Positions 49,203 to 57,880 of a stretch of DNA of 64,000 nucleotides are shown piece by piece. The stretch lies in IMG/VR virus record IMGVR_UViG_2061766007_000578; one strand, 5' to 3'. Numbering within the stretch: position 1 is the first letter of the stretch; the number at the start of each line of letters is the position of its first letter. Position numbers and translations under genes: made by a program. This DNA is from an uncultured virus (IMG/VR IMGVR_UViG_2061766007_000578) (taxonomy: Duplodnaviria > Heunggongvirae > Uroviricota > Caudoviricetes). The notes below the pieces were generated by a model, which saw nothing but the letters and a program-made list of their open reading frames with translations, did no database searches and was not told the origin of the DNA.

Positions 49203-49601
49203 ATGGGAAATTTACTTGACGAAATTTACGATGCTGAACACCTCCTTTGCAAAGGCTTACATGAGATCAACGAGAAGGACAGCCTTGATAAGAACACCCT
49301 TGAAATGATGGGTGAACTTATAGATATGGCAAAAGACTACTACGAAATAACCATGAGAGCCGAATATCCTGAATACTCACAGGGAGTTGTAAGAAGGGAT
49401 GATTACTCTATGCGTGGTGATTATATGTATGACGGTAATCAAAGTTATGCAAGGCGTAGGGATAGCAGAGGACGGTATTCCAGAGGTTATAGCCGTGGGG
49501 ACGATATGATTTCACGCCTTGAAGAAAAGATGAATAATGCCCCTAACGAGGTAGAGCGTGAGAAGTATCGCAAAATGATTATCGAAATGGAAAATATGTA
49601 A
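49203..49601 (+). CDS. Helical protein with an internal R/G/S/Y-rich segment
   Basis: YARRRDSRGRYSRGYSRG. Confidence 0.75.
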   Translation: MGNLLDEIYDAEHLLCKGLHEINEKDSLDKNTLEMMGELIDMAKDYYEITMRAEYPEYSQGVVRRDDYSMRGDYMYDGNQSYARRRDSRGRYSRGYSRGDDMISRLEEKMNNAPNEVEREKYRKMIIEMENM

Positions 49602-49613
49602 AACTGAATACGG

Positions 49614-49645
49614 GAAAAAGGGGCTTACTTCGGTAAGTCCTTTTT
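49614..49645 (+). terminator. Intrinsic terminator closing the module
   Basis: aaaaaggggcttac-ttcg-gtaagtccttttt. Confidence 0.88.
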
Positions 49646-49663
49646 CATGCTTTTAAAAACAAT

Positions 49664-49929
49664 GTGTCCGATTTTTGTCCGATAAAACCCGTGAAACGCC
49701 GATAAACACTGCATTGAAGGCTTGACTTTTAATCAAGTTGTCGAGGGTTCGATTCCCTCGTGACTCACGAATGTAAAAATAGCGGAAAATCCAGTAAACA
49801 AGAGGGTTTCCGCTATTTTTCTTTTCTCACAAAGTAACCCAAAATAACCCAAAATAACTCAAAATAAGTGTCCGATTTTGTCCGATTTGGAATGTTTCAC
49901 GAACCAAGTGTCCGATTTGTGTCCGATTT
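49664..49929. promoter_or_regulatory. attP of phage B
   Basis: Six TGTCCGAT arm repeats (2 left, 4 right), 10-bp aaataaccc tandem repeats at 49832-49868, tRNA core; adjacent to the int stop. Confidence 0.88.
49721..49767 (+). other. attP core: 3' half of tRNA-Lys(UUU)
   Basis: CTTGA-CTTTTAA-TCAAG anticodon arm, GAGGG-TTCGATT-CCCTC T arm, GTGACTCA; no 5' half. Confidence 0.88.
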
Positions 49930-49950
49930 TTTTGAAAAATCCCTTCTTAT

Positions 49951-51078
49951 TTAAATGCAATTTACGGCATTTTTTATGTTTTCTTTGGATTCGTTTATGT
50001 GAGAATACACATCGAGAACCATCTTTTCATTGTCACCGAGAAGTCTTGCAATCATTTTTGTAGAAATTGTAGGTATTTGATAGCATAATTCAGTACAGTA
50101 ATTATGCCGGAAGATATGCGGAGTTAAATTTGTAATCTGCTTTTCTTTCCTGTCTTTCTTTGCGTTTGGATCGTAACCTAAAGCAATATTCATTGATACA
50201 ATAATGCTTTCCCACATCCGGGTAAAGGCTGAAAGTGTCATTAGTTCTGTATTTCTTCCGTGGAAAATAAACCCTTCGCAGGTGGCAACAAAAGGTTTTA
50301 TGCGTGGAATTGCCTTATCAGGAATGGGGATTACTCTTATTCCATTGTCGGATTTAGGGTAGTCTTTGAGTGATGGAATACCGTTTTTACCAAAAATTAA
50401 TACTTTGTTTATAGATAATTCATTATTATTCCAGTTGAAATCGGACGGGGTTAAGGCTAATGCTTCACCACGCCTTACACCCAAGTAATATAAAATGCTG
50501 ATAAAAGCCTGTTTTCTATCGTCTAACTGGACGGTTTCAAATGCTTTCTTTTCTAAAGCCGTTAAAGGGCGTTTTTCGGGTTTTTTGTATTTGGGCAAGG
50601 AAATGTCTGAACAGATATCTTCAAATGCACTACGGGGCAAAATACGGTCTTTCACGGCACTTTTAATTATCTGCCGGACAGTAAGATAAATTTGTTGGCA
50701 AGTCCGAGGATGATCCTGCTGATAATTTATAAGTTGCTGAAAGTGAGAATGTGTGAAATCTGATATAGAAATATGACCAAAAGGCTGTAAATGCTTATTA
50801 ATGATATTTTCATACATCCTTTGGGTATTCTGTTCTTTAACTGATTTAGAGGTTTTAAGCCACGCTAAAGAGTATTGCCAGAAGGTCATATCAGAATAAA
50901 CCGTAGCACCATTATTTTTGCGGCGGTCGTTAAATTCTTGTACTTTTAATTCAAGATCACGGGAAGATTTATAAGAAGTTAGGTGTATGCGGTGTTTCGT
51001 ACCATTCGGAGTATATGTACCGTCCCACACTTTAGTTTCATAAAATCCCCGGTCATTCTTTTTGTATTTTGTACCCAT
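49951..51078 (-). CDS. int: Tyrosine integrase
   Basis: GVRRGEALAL, HIFRH, LLGD, VYSH. Confidence 0.95.
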   Translation of the reverse strand: MGTKYKKNDRGFYETKVWDGTYTPNGTKHRIHLTSYKSSRDLELKVQEFNDRRKNNGATVYSDMTFWQYSLAWLKTSKSVKEQNTQRMYENIINKHLQPFGHISISDFTHSHFQQLINYQQDHPRTCQQIYLTVRQIIKSAVKDRILPRSAFEDICSDISLPKYKKPEKRPLTALEKKAFETVQLDDRKQAFISILYYLGVRRGEALALTPSDFNWNNNELSINKVLIFGKNGIPSLKDYPKSDNGIRVIPIPDKAIPRIKPFVATCEGFIFHGRNTELMTLSAFTRMWESIIVSMNIALGYDPNAKKDRKEKQITNLTPHIFRHNYCTELCYQIPTISTKMIARLLGDNEKMVLDVYSHINESKENIKNAVNCI

Positions 51079-51606
51079 TTACACCTCTTTATAATTGTGG
51101 CATGACAATAAACGGGTTAGTAATTCCTCAATGCGCTTATCTTTAGCTGTTACAGATTCTAAAAGTAAGTCCATTCGTTTGTCTTTATACGCCACTTGTT
51201 CTTTTAGGAAGTCAATGCTCTTATTAAATCTTTCCCGTTCTTCATCTATCTTTTCATGGAACTGTATCTTTTGTTTGTCGATAAGTGAGTTAAGGTGTTC
51301 GATTTGTTGTTCCAGTTCTTCAATGCGTTGTATCTTATATTTGAGAAGGGATTTCATAGCACGAACATCCATATTATCATCTTCTTCTATGGTTTCCATA
51401 TCAAGAAGTGCTTTTGCTATGGGTCTTACAGTTTCTTCATACCTGAAAGACAAATCTTCCGAACCCTCTGAAAATACCCTTGATATGGTGGATTTTGACA
51501 GGAAATCACCGTTTTTCTCCATGAGATCAAGGATATCGCCGTAGGACAATCCTTTTTCTTCCCTAACTTCTTTTAGTTTCAGAATAATATCTTTGGTGTT
51601 CGTCAT
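51079..51606 (-). CDS. XRE-like HTH protein with a long C-terminal coiled coil
   Basis: LKEVREEKGLSY..LSKSTISRVF. Confidence 0.75.
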   Translation of the reverse strand: MTNTKDIILKLKEVREEKGLSYGDILDLMEKNGDFLSKSTISRVFSEGSEDLSFRYEETVRPIAKALLDMETIEEDDNMDVRAMKSLLKYKIQRIEELEQQIEHLNSLIDKQKIQFHEKIDEERERFNKSIDFLKEQVAYKDKRMDLLLESVTAKDKRIEELLTRLLSCHNYKEV

Positions 51607-51617
51607 ATAATCCTCCT

Positions 51618-51662
51618 GTTTGATATTTGGAACTTCTCATAGAAATATGTTAATGCTACAAT
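51618..51662 (+). promoter_or_regulatory. Second promoter with the shared operator architecture
   Basis: GTTT-N8-GAAC-TTCTCA-N17-TACAAT with extended TG. Confidence 0.65.
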
Positions 51663-51684
51663 CCCGAAAAAAGGGGGTGACAAA

Positions 51685-51795
51685 ATGAGTGAATACGAAT
51701 TTATAATCCTTTGGTGTCAATCAAGCGAAGAAGTCAGGAATCAGATTGAGTTGGTTTTAACAGAGCATCAACAGCAGATTGAACCTGCGGAATAG
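51685..51795 (+). CDS. 36-aa ORF convergent with and overlapping the cI 3' end
   Basis: RBS AAGGGGGTGA; MSEYEFIILWCQSSEEVRNQIELVLTEHQQQIEPAE. Confidence 0.6.
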   Translation: MSEYEFIILWCQSSEEVRNQIELVLTEHQQQIEPAE

Positions 51796-52093
51796 ATTTC
51801 TTGTATTGTTGATATAGTAGTAATGCTTTTTCCATATCACGGGATTCATAATCAATAATAGTAGGGGTTAATTCCATAGGAACATCTAATCCCATTAACC
51901 ATGTTGGATTAACAGCTAATGCATTGGAAAGAATAGCCAATTTTTCTTCTTTAGGTTTTGCGTACCCGCTTCTGTATTGGCTTATGGTGGATTCACTTAT
52001 TTTTGTTTTTCGTGATAGATCAGCAGGAAGAATATTTCTTATTTCTAATGCCTGATTAAATCTGTCCTTAAAAGTTGAAACAACGTTTATCAT
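51734..52093 (-). CDS. XRE-family CI-like repressor
   Basis: ADLSRKTKISESTISQY..VNPTWLMGLDVPM. Confidence 0.9.
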   Translation of the reverse strand: MINVVSTFKDRFNQALEIRNILPADLSRKTKISESTISQYRSGYAKPKEEKLAILSNALAVNPTWLMGLDVPMELTPTIIDYESRDMEKALLLYQQYKKSIPQVQSAVDALLKPTQSDS

Positions 52094-52182
52094 ATTTCCA
52101 TCCCCCTTGTTATCATAATATAGGATATTTCTCCATATTTCAACACATTAAACAAAAACTTTCAAAAAATTAAAAAAAGGTA

Positions 52183-52211
52183 TTGACTTGCCACTTTCAA
52201 AGTGGTAAAGT
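52183..52211 (+). promoter_or_regulatory. Lytic promoter of phage B
   Basis: TTGACT-N17-TAAAGT with extended TG; ACTTTCAAA repeats at 52158, 52193, 52466. Confidence 0.7.
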
Positions 52212-52226
52212 CTTACCCATAGGGAA

Positions 52227-52242
52227 ACACAACATATTGAAT
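52227..52242. promoter_or_regulatory. NrdR-box-like site in the cro leader
   Basis: ACACAACATATTG. Confidence 0.5.
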
Positions 52243-52256
52243 GGAAGGAGTAAAAA

Positions 52257-52481
52257 ATGGCAAATCAATACAATAAGTTGAGGGGACGCATAGTTGAAAT
52301 CTTCGGCTCTCAATCAAAATTTGCTGATGCTGTCGGACAATCCGAACAGATCATAACGGCAAAGTTAGCCGGGCGTTCTTCTTTTACACAGGATAATATA
52401 ATCGCATGGTGTAAGACATTAGATATTGACCAAAACGAGATAGGCAGTTATTTTTTTGCCCCTAAACTTTCAAAGGATTAA
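52257..52481 (+). CDS. Cro-like HTH (DUF739-like)
   Basis: YNKLRGRIVEIFGSQSKFA..YFF. Confidence 0.85.
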   Translation: MANQYNKLRGRIVEIFGSQSKFADAVGQSEQIITAKLAGRSSFTQDNIIAWCKTLDIDQNEIGSYFFAPKLSKD

Positions 52482-52486
52482 AGAAT

Positions 52487-52690
52487 ATGACATATCCAAA
52501 ACAGGTAATGACAACTAAAGAACTTTTAGAAATGGGATTTCCGCTTACCTATCTGAAAGAGGTTAGCAACCGTCACGGACAGAAAGTGGCATGGAAGAAA
52601 TCACCTGCAAAGAACAGCGGCTTTTTATGGGATTGTGAACAACTGGAAAAGATCAGGCAAGCGGATTGTGTAAAGGGTTATCAGTGGTGA
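52487..52690 (+). CDS. Putative excisionase-like protein
   Basis: YPKQVMTTKELLEMG; position after cro. Confidence 0.5.
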   Translation: MTYPKQVMTTKELLEMGFPLTYLKEVSNRHGQKVAWKKSPAKNSGFLWDCEQLEKIRQADCVKGYQW

Positions 52691-52878
52691 GAACAGGAAC
52701 AGTTGAAAGTTATAAGGCTAAATTCGGACACGGCTTTCTTATAGATGATGAAACAGGAAAAAAACTTTTCTTCTCTTATAGGAAAGAAGAAATAGAGCCG
52801 GGAACGGAAGTTGAATTTGAACAGATCGTAAAAGACCGAAAAGGTCTGAAAGCAGAGGGGGTAACTATTGTTGAGTAA
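52687..52878 (+). CDS. Divergent cold-shock domain protein
   Basis: TGTVESY..GHGFL..LFF..VEFE..GLKAEGV. Confidence 0.7.
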   Translation: MRTGTVESYKAKFGHGFLIDDETGKKLFFSYRKEEIEPGTEVEFEQIVKDRKGLKAEGVTIVE

Positions 52879-53479
52879 ATATAATCGGATATGGTTTGAA
52901 ATCCTAATAGGTATCTTAATGGGAATGATAATCGGATCGTTTCTCTTACCTAAAGAAGTATGGGCGGTAGAGCCAGTATTACAGGTGGATTTAGGTCAAA
53001 CCGTTATTGAGGATATGACACATCCCCACGGCGGGGAAATAGAAGAAGCTGAAAACTTCTTATCAGAAAATCACATCGTTATATCAGAAGAAATCGAACA
53101 ACTAACAATTAAATACGGCAAAGAATACGGTATCTGCCCTGAAATCTTACAGGCGATGATATGGGTTGAAAGCAACGGCATAGCAGATATAGCAAATTCA
53201 AGCGGTTGCAAAGGCTTAATGCAGATTAAGGAATCATCACATAGAAGAAGGATGGAAAGATTAGGGGTTACGGATTTATTTGATCCCGAAAGCAATGTCA
53301 AGGTTGGTACAGATTACCTTGCAGAACTTACACAAACTTATGATTTACCTGCCGCTTTGTATCTCTATAACGGGAATACAAAAGGTTGTAACAGATATAT
53401 CGAAACAGGAGAAACAAGCGGCTATGTAAATAAGATATTGCGCATATCTAAAGCATTAGAACAAGTACATTACAAATGA
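52868..53479 (+). CDS. Membrane-anchored lytic transglycosylase (SLT)
   Basis: N-terminal TM; VES, GLMQI, DPESN, YNG. Confidence 0.88.
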   Translation: MLSKYNRIWFEILIGILMGMIIGSFLLPKEVWAVEPVLQVDLGQTVIEDMTHPHGGEIEEAENFLSENHIVISEEIEQLTIKYGKEYGICPEILQAMIWVESNGIADIANSSGCKGLMQIKESSHRRRMERLGVTDLFDPESNVKVGTDYLAELTQTYDLPAALYLYNGNTKGCNRYIETGETSGYVNKILRISKALEQVHYK

Positions 53480-53891
53480 AATGGGGTGAAGGAATGGAAA
53501 GTGATCGTGTTATCAGAATGACACAAGACTTAAAGAGAAAGACCGAAGCATTGGAGTTTTTGAGATCAGCTTTAGTGGCGGATAGTTTAGTCCTCTATCC
53601 TTGCAAGGCACTGTCAAAAGAAGTGATTAATCAGGCATTTAACATAGCCGGAATAGAGCCTGTAGTAGATAGGGAAGTGAGCCTGATATGAGAACTGATG
53701 ATCCTATTTACGATATGGAAAAGTCACAGGAAGATACCCGAAAACCTATAGCAACTTGTGAATACTGCGGGTGCGATATACACGGATCAGATGCCACGCA
53801 TTATGCAGATGATGCCTATTATGACGGGTCTATATGGTTTTGTGAGGAATGTAAAGACACATATCTACAACAATTCAAAATTTCAGATTGA
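53476..53891 (+). other. Two small hypothetical ORFs (the second has CxxC pairs)
   Basis: 53476-53691 and 53688-53891, translationally coupled. Confidence 0.55.
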
Positions 53892-53902
53892 AAGGGGAAG
53901 GA

Positions 53903-54763
53903 ATGGAAGAATTAAAAATTCAGATAGCGGAACAGGGACAGATATCAACAAACCTTGAAACCCTGAAAGCAGAACTCAAAGAGATAGCCGGAAGATATAA
54001 AGGTGTACTGGTTAGCGAAGATACAGTACCGTTTGCAAAGAAAGACCTTGCTGAACTCCGAAAGTTAAGAACAGACATTGAGGATAGGAGAAAAGCAGTA
54101 AAGAAGCAATGGAACGAACCTTATACGGCTTTTGAGAATGAGGTTAAATCAGCACTTGCAATCATAGATGAACCTATCAACGAGATAGATAAGCAGGTTA
54201 AGGACTTTGAAAAGGCTGATAAGGAAGCCAAAAGGGAAAAGGTCAAGGAAATATACAAGTCCTATACTCCGGCAGATATAGAGCCTTATATGCCGTTTGA
54301 AACCGTCTTTGATGAAAAGTGGCTGAATAAGTCTACAAAGGAAAATGAGATTATTTCCGACCTGTCAGCAAAAGCAACACAGATAAAGATTGATTTGGAC
54401 GCTATAAAGGCTTTGAAAAGCGAGATAGAGGATGAATGTCTGAAAGCCTACAAAGATGCCGGAAACAGTTTGGCGGCGGCTATAAAGAGAAATACCGATT
54501 ATCTGTCAGCAAAAGCGGCGGCAGAGATTAAGGCAAGAGAAGAAGTTGAAAGAAAAGTCCGTGAGGAACAGGAACGGAAAGCACAAGAAGAACAGGTGGT
54601 CAAGGAAGAAATCAAAGAAGAACCTGTAGAAGAACCCGAAGAAGATTTACCCTTCCCGGTAGAAGATAAGGGGATGTTTGAAATCTGCGGAGCAGAAAAC
54701 ATCGACAAAGTAAGACAGTTCCTTGACTTTTCGGAAATACCCTACAGATATACGGAGGTTTGA
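53903..54763 (+). CDS. DUF1351-like coiled-coil protein
   Basis: AKKDLAELRK..RRKAVKK..PY..FE, KWLNKS. Confidence 0.75.
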   Translation: MEELKIQIAEQGQISTNLETLKAELKEIAGRYKGVLVSEDTVPFAKKDLAELRKLRTDIEDRRKAVKKQWNEPYTAFENEVKSALAIIDEPINEIDKQVKDFEKADKEAKREKVKEIYKSYTPADIEPYMPFETVFDEKWLNKSTKENEIISDLSAKATQIKIDLDAIKALKSEIEDECLKAYKDAGNSLAAAIKRNTDYLSAKAAAEIKAREEVERKVREEQERKAQEEQVVKEEIKEEPVEEPEEDLPFPVEDKGMFEICGAENIDKVRQFLDFSEIPYRYTEV

Positions 54764-54765
54764 TT

Positions 54766-55479
54766 ATGAATGTTTATTCAAAATTGTTAGATGTTCAGGC
54801 AGAACTTAAAGCACCAAAAGGACAGACAAACACCTTCGGAAACTACAAATACCGTAGTTGTGAAGATATCCTTGAAGCCTTAAAGCCTGTCTTAAAGAAG
54901 TATGATGCAACGGTTCATATATCAGATGAAATAGTTGTATGTGAAGATCGTTTCTATGTAAAGGCTACGGCTACATTTACAGACCTTGAATCACTTACCG
55001 ATGTATCTGTTTCTGCTTTTGCAAGGGAAAGTAAAGAAAAGCGTGGAATGGATGATAGCCAGATCACAGGTGCTGCTTCATCTTATGCCCGGAAATATGC
55101 CTTAAATGGTCTGTTCTTGATAGATGATACCAAAGATGCAGATACAGACGAGAACAAGAATGAGCGTGAGAAAAGGGCAGAAAAACAAGCCAAAGTGAAC
55201 AAATCAGAAGCGTCCACAAAGGTACAGAAAGATACTCCCGAAGAAGCAAAAAAGAACGATGAAATGAGGGAATCGGTAGATCAGAGATATGTGCCTAATC
55301 CTAAAAGAACAAAGGAAGAAATGAAAGCCAATATTGGGGAAGAAATGAAACGTACTGGAATAAATGAAAAATCAACACTTGCAACGATGGGTATTAAGGA
55401 ATGGTCAGAAATCACGGATGCAAAATACATATCCATTATGAATAAGTTTAAGAAACAGCCTACAAAGGAAAGCAAATGA
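54766..55479 (+). CDS. erf: ERF-family single-strand annealing protein
   Basis: KAPK..YKYRSCEDI, GAASSYARKYAL..DDTKDAD. Confidence 0.9.
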   Translation: MNVYSKLLDVQAELKAPKGQTNTFGNYKYRSCEDILEALKPVLKKYDATVHISDEIVVCEDRFYVKATATFTDLESLTDVSVSAFARESKEKRGMDDSQITGAASSYARKYALNGLFLIDDTKDADTDENKNEREKRAEKQAKVNKSEASTKVQKDTPEEAKKNDEMRESVDQRYVPNPKRTKEEMKANIGEEMKRTGINEKSTLATMGIKEWSEITDAKYISIMNKFKKQPTKESK

Positions 55480-55976
55480 CAGGAAAAGCGGTAGATGTTC
55501 TTCAATTCCTTGCAGAACAGATGAAAGAAAAGCCGGATGCCGAGTGGGATATAACCGAACATAAGAAAAAGAGATCACTTGATGCGAACAGTTATTTTCA
55601 TGTGTTATGTGACAAACTGCGGCAGAAACTTCATATATCAATGGCACGATGTAAAAATCATTTAATCGCTGATTACGGGCAGATACAGTACATAGACGAT
55701 CAGCCAATGATTTATAAAACAAATGCTCCTGATGAATATATGCAGGAACTTGAAACCATACACACAAAGTTGGTCAAGGTTACAGAGGAAAACGGCAAAG
55801 AGGTGTTCTTTTACAGGGTATACAGAGGTTCGCACACCTATACATCCGCTGAAATGGCAAGGCTAATAGATGGAACTGTATCTGAATGTAAAGACCAAAA
55901 CATAGAGGTTGCAACACCTGACGAGATAGCAAGGATGAACGCTTTATGGGGAAAGAAACACGATGAAAGAGTTTAA
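55476..55976 (+). CDS. NinB-like recombination protein
   Basis: KRSLDANSY, GSHTY..EMARLID. Confidence 0.65.
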   Translation: MTGKAVDVLQFLAEQMKEKPDAEWDITEHKKKRSLDANSYFHVLCDKLRQKLHISMARCKNHLIADYGQIQYIDDQPMIYKTNAPDEYMQELETIHTKLVKVTEENGKEVFFYRVYRGSHTYTSAEMARLIDGTVSECKDQNIEVATPDEIARMNALWGKKHDERV

Positions 55977-56280
55977 GAGCATCATAACAGAATACACAAA
56001 TATGTGCCTTGTGTGCGGAAATCCCAATGTAGAGCCACATCATGTACTACACGGAACGGCTAACAGGAAATTTGCGGATGAAGATTTACTTATTGTGCCA
56101 CTCTGCTATGAACACCATCGAGGTAACAACGGTGTACACGGACATAACAACGCTTTTGATGTAGCACTTGAAATAATCGGTCAAATCGCATGGGAAAGAA
56201 AGACAATGGCTGAAACAGGATGCACCATTGAAATAGCAAGAAAAGGTTTCATTGGTAGGTATGGAAAATCGTGGGTGTAA
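55963..56280 (+). CDS. Small HNH-like Zn protein
   Basis: CLVCG..HHV..PLCYEHH..GVH. Confidence 0.7.
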   Translation: MKEFKSIITEYTNMCLVCGNPNVEPHHVLHGTANRKFADEDLLIVPLCYEHHRGNNGVHGHNNAFDVALEIIGQIAWERKTMAETGCTIEIARKGFIGRYGKSWV

Positions 56281-56283
56281 AAA

Positions 56284-56346
56284 ATGAAACTAATAGATTT
56301 AACAGGACAAAAATATGAGATACGGAATACCCTACAGGGGAAGTAA
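56284..56346 (+). pseudogene. Remnant 5' end of an HNH endonuclease gene (MKLIDLTGQKY)
   Basis: Matches the N-terminus of 44654 (DLTGKRF); shares gatttaacagg. Confidence 0.55.
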
Positions 56347-57265
56347 AAATAGCATAGCTAAATGGATCATAGAAAGCTTACCGGCTGCAGATGTTTTTGT
56401 GGATTTGTGTTTCGGAGGTGGGGCGGTAACACATGCAGCATTGTTAAGCGGCAAATACAAAGAATACATAGCAAATGACATAGACAGTAGAGTAATACCA
56501 TTTTTCATTGACTGTTGTAACGGCAAATACACAACTGAAAATCATCCAGAATGGGTTAGTCGGGAAGATTTTTTCAAATTAAATGATGATATCTATTACG
56601 AACTTATATGGAGTTTCGGGAATAATGGCCGACAGTATTTATGCTCAGAAGAAAAGGAACCCTTTAAGAAAGCACTACATTATGCCTGTTTTTACGAAGA
56701 TACATCACTGCTAAAAGAATTAGGTGTAGATCCTCCAAAGGTAGAAGGAAAGACGGTATACGAAAGATATACAAAGTATAAACACCATTTCAAGGAGAGA
56801 TTACAGGCGTTAGAGAATTTGGAAAGTCTGGTAAGGCTTAATAGTTTGAAATCCTTGCAGGGATTAAACGGAATAAATAACCTTCAATGCCTTAATTACG
56901 ACTATGAAGAAGCTATGGAGATCGTTTACAGGCAGAACAAAGGAAAAAATATTCTTATATATGCTGATCCCCCTTATGCCGAAACAGACTGTCGTAAATA
57001 TCCGGGATTTGATAGTGAAAGATTTTATAAATGGGCTGCAGATCAGGACAACATTTTCATAAGTGAATACCAGATGCCGGATTACTTTGTACCGTATGCA
57101 TGGAAAGAAAAGACGGTTTTATGCAGCAGTTATACAAATGCCCTTAAAAAGAAAGAACTGATTTTTACTAATCAAAAAACCTACGACAAGATGAATGATA
57201 CACAAAAGAAACTAATAGGCGGTAATTTTTCAGAACAATTAACATTCGAGGATTTATTGAAATGA
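56315..57265 (+). CDS. D12/Dam-class N6-adenine DNA methyltransferase
   Basis: PYRGSK, DLCFGGG, WSFGNNG, YADPPY. Confidence 0.9.
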   Translation: MRYGIPYRGSKNSIAKWIIESLPAADVFVDLCFGGGAVTHAALLSGKYKEYIANDIDSRVIPFFIDCCNGKYTTENHPEWVSREDFFKLNDDIYYELIWSFGNNGRQYLCSEEKEPFKKALHYACFYEDTSLLKELGVDPPKVEGKTVYERYTKYKHHFKERLQALENLESLVRLNSLKSLQGLNGINNLQCLNYDYEEAMEIVYRQNKGKNILIYADPPYAETDCRKYPGFDSERFYKWAADQDNIFISEYQMPDYFVPYAWKEKTVLCSSYTNALKKKELIFTNQKTYDKMNDTQKKLIGGNFSEQLTFEDLLK

Positions 57266-57648
57266 CACGAAGAATAATAATTCCGGGTGATCCACGGACA
57301 AAGAAAAATCATACACAAATTGTTAAAAACAGATATTCAGGAAAAATAAAAGTTATTCAAAGTGAAGCATATATACAGTATGAAGAAAATTGCGGATGGT
57401 ATTTGAACAATGTTGAGCCATTTTTAAGCCCTTGCAATCTCAAGTGTGAGTATTACATGAGGACTAAAAGAAAGGTTGACCTGTCAAATCTAATAGCGGC
57501 CACAAGTGACATATTAGTTCGATACGGGATCTTGATAGACGATAATAGCGAGATCATAAAAGGCTATGACGGTAGCAGAGTTTACTACTCAAAAGAAAAC
57601 CCGCGGGTAGAGATCACAATAACAGAATTTAAGGAGGTAAAAGAATGA
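57262..57648 (+). CDS. rusA: RusA-family Holliday junction resolvase
   Basis: VDLSNL..DIL..DDN..ENPRVEI. Confidence 0.85.
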   Translation: MTRRIIIPGDPRTKKNHTQIVKNRYSGKIKVIQSEAYIQYEENCGWYLNNVEPFLSPCNLKCEYYMRTKRKVDLSNLIAATSDILVRYGILIDDNSEIIKGYDGSRVYYSKENPRVEITITEFKEVKE

Positions 57649-57878
57649 CAGATAACAGTAAAAAAGCAAAAACACAGTGTACAAAAATCTTAAAGCACAT
57701 GAGATCACACAAAAGAGGAATTACCTCAATGGATGCTTTTAGCAAGTATGGTATCACAAGACTTTCTGGCAGGATTTGGGATTTAAGAGAGAGAGGATTT
57801 GACATAGAAACCATTATGGAAGTCGGAAAGAATGATGATGGTAACACGGTTCAGTATGCTCGATATGTGTTGAGGTGA
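57645..57878 (+). CDS. Winged-helix protein
   Basis: ITSMDAF..GITRLSGRIWDLR. Confidence 0.75.
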   Translation: MTDNSKKAKTQCTKILKHMRSHKRGITSMDAFSKYGITRLSGRIWDLRERGFDIETIMEVGKNDDGNTVQYARYVLR

Positions 57879-57880
57879 TA

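Noticed and set aside
49721..49767. Functional tRNA-Lys gene
   Set aside because: The 5' acceptor strand and D arm are missing; it is the attP core
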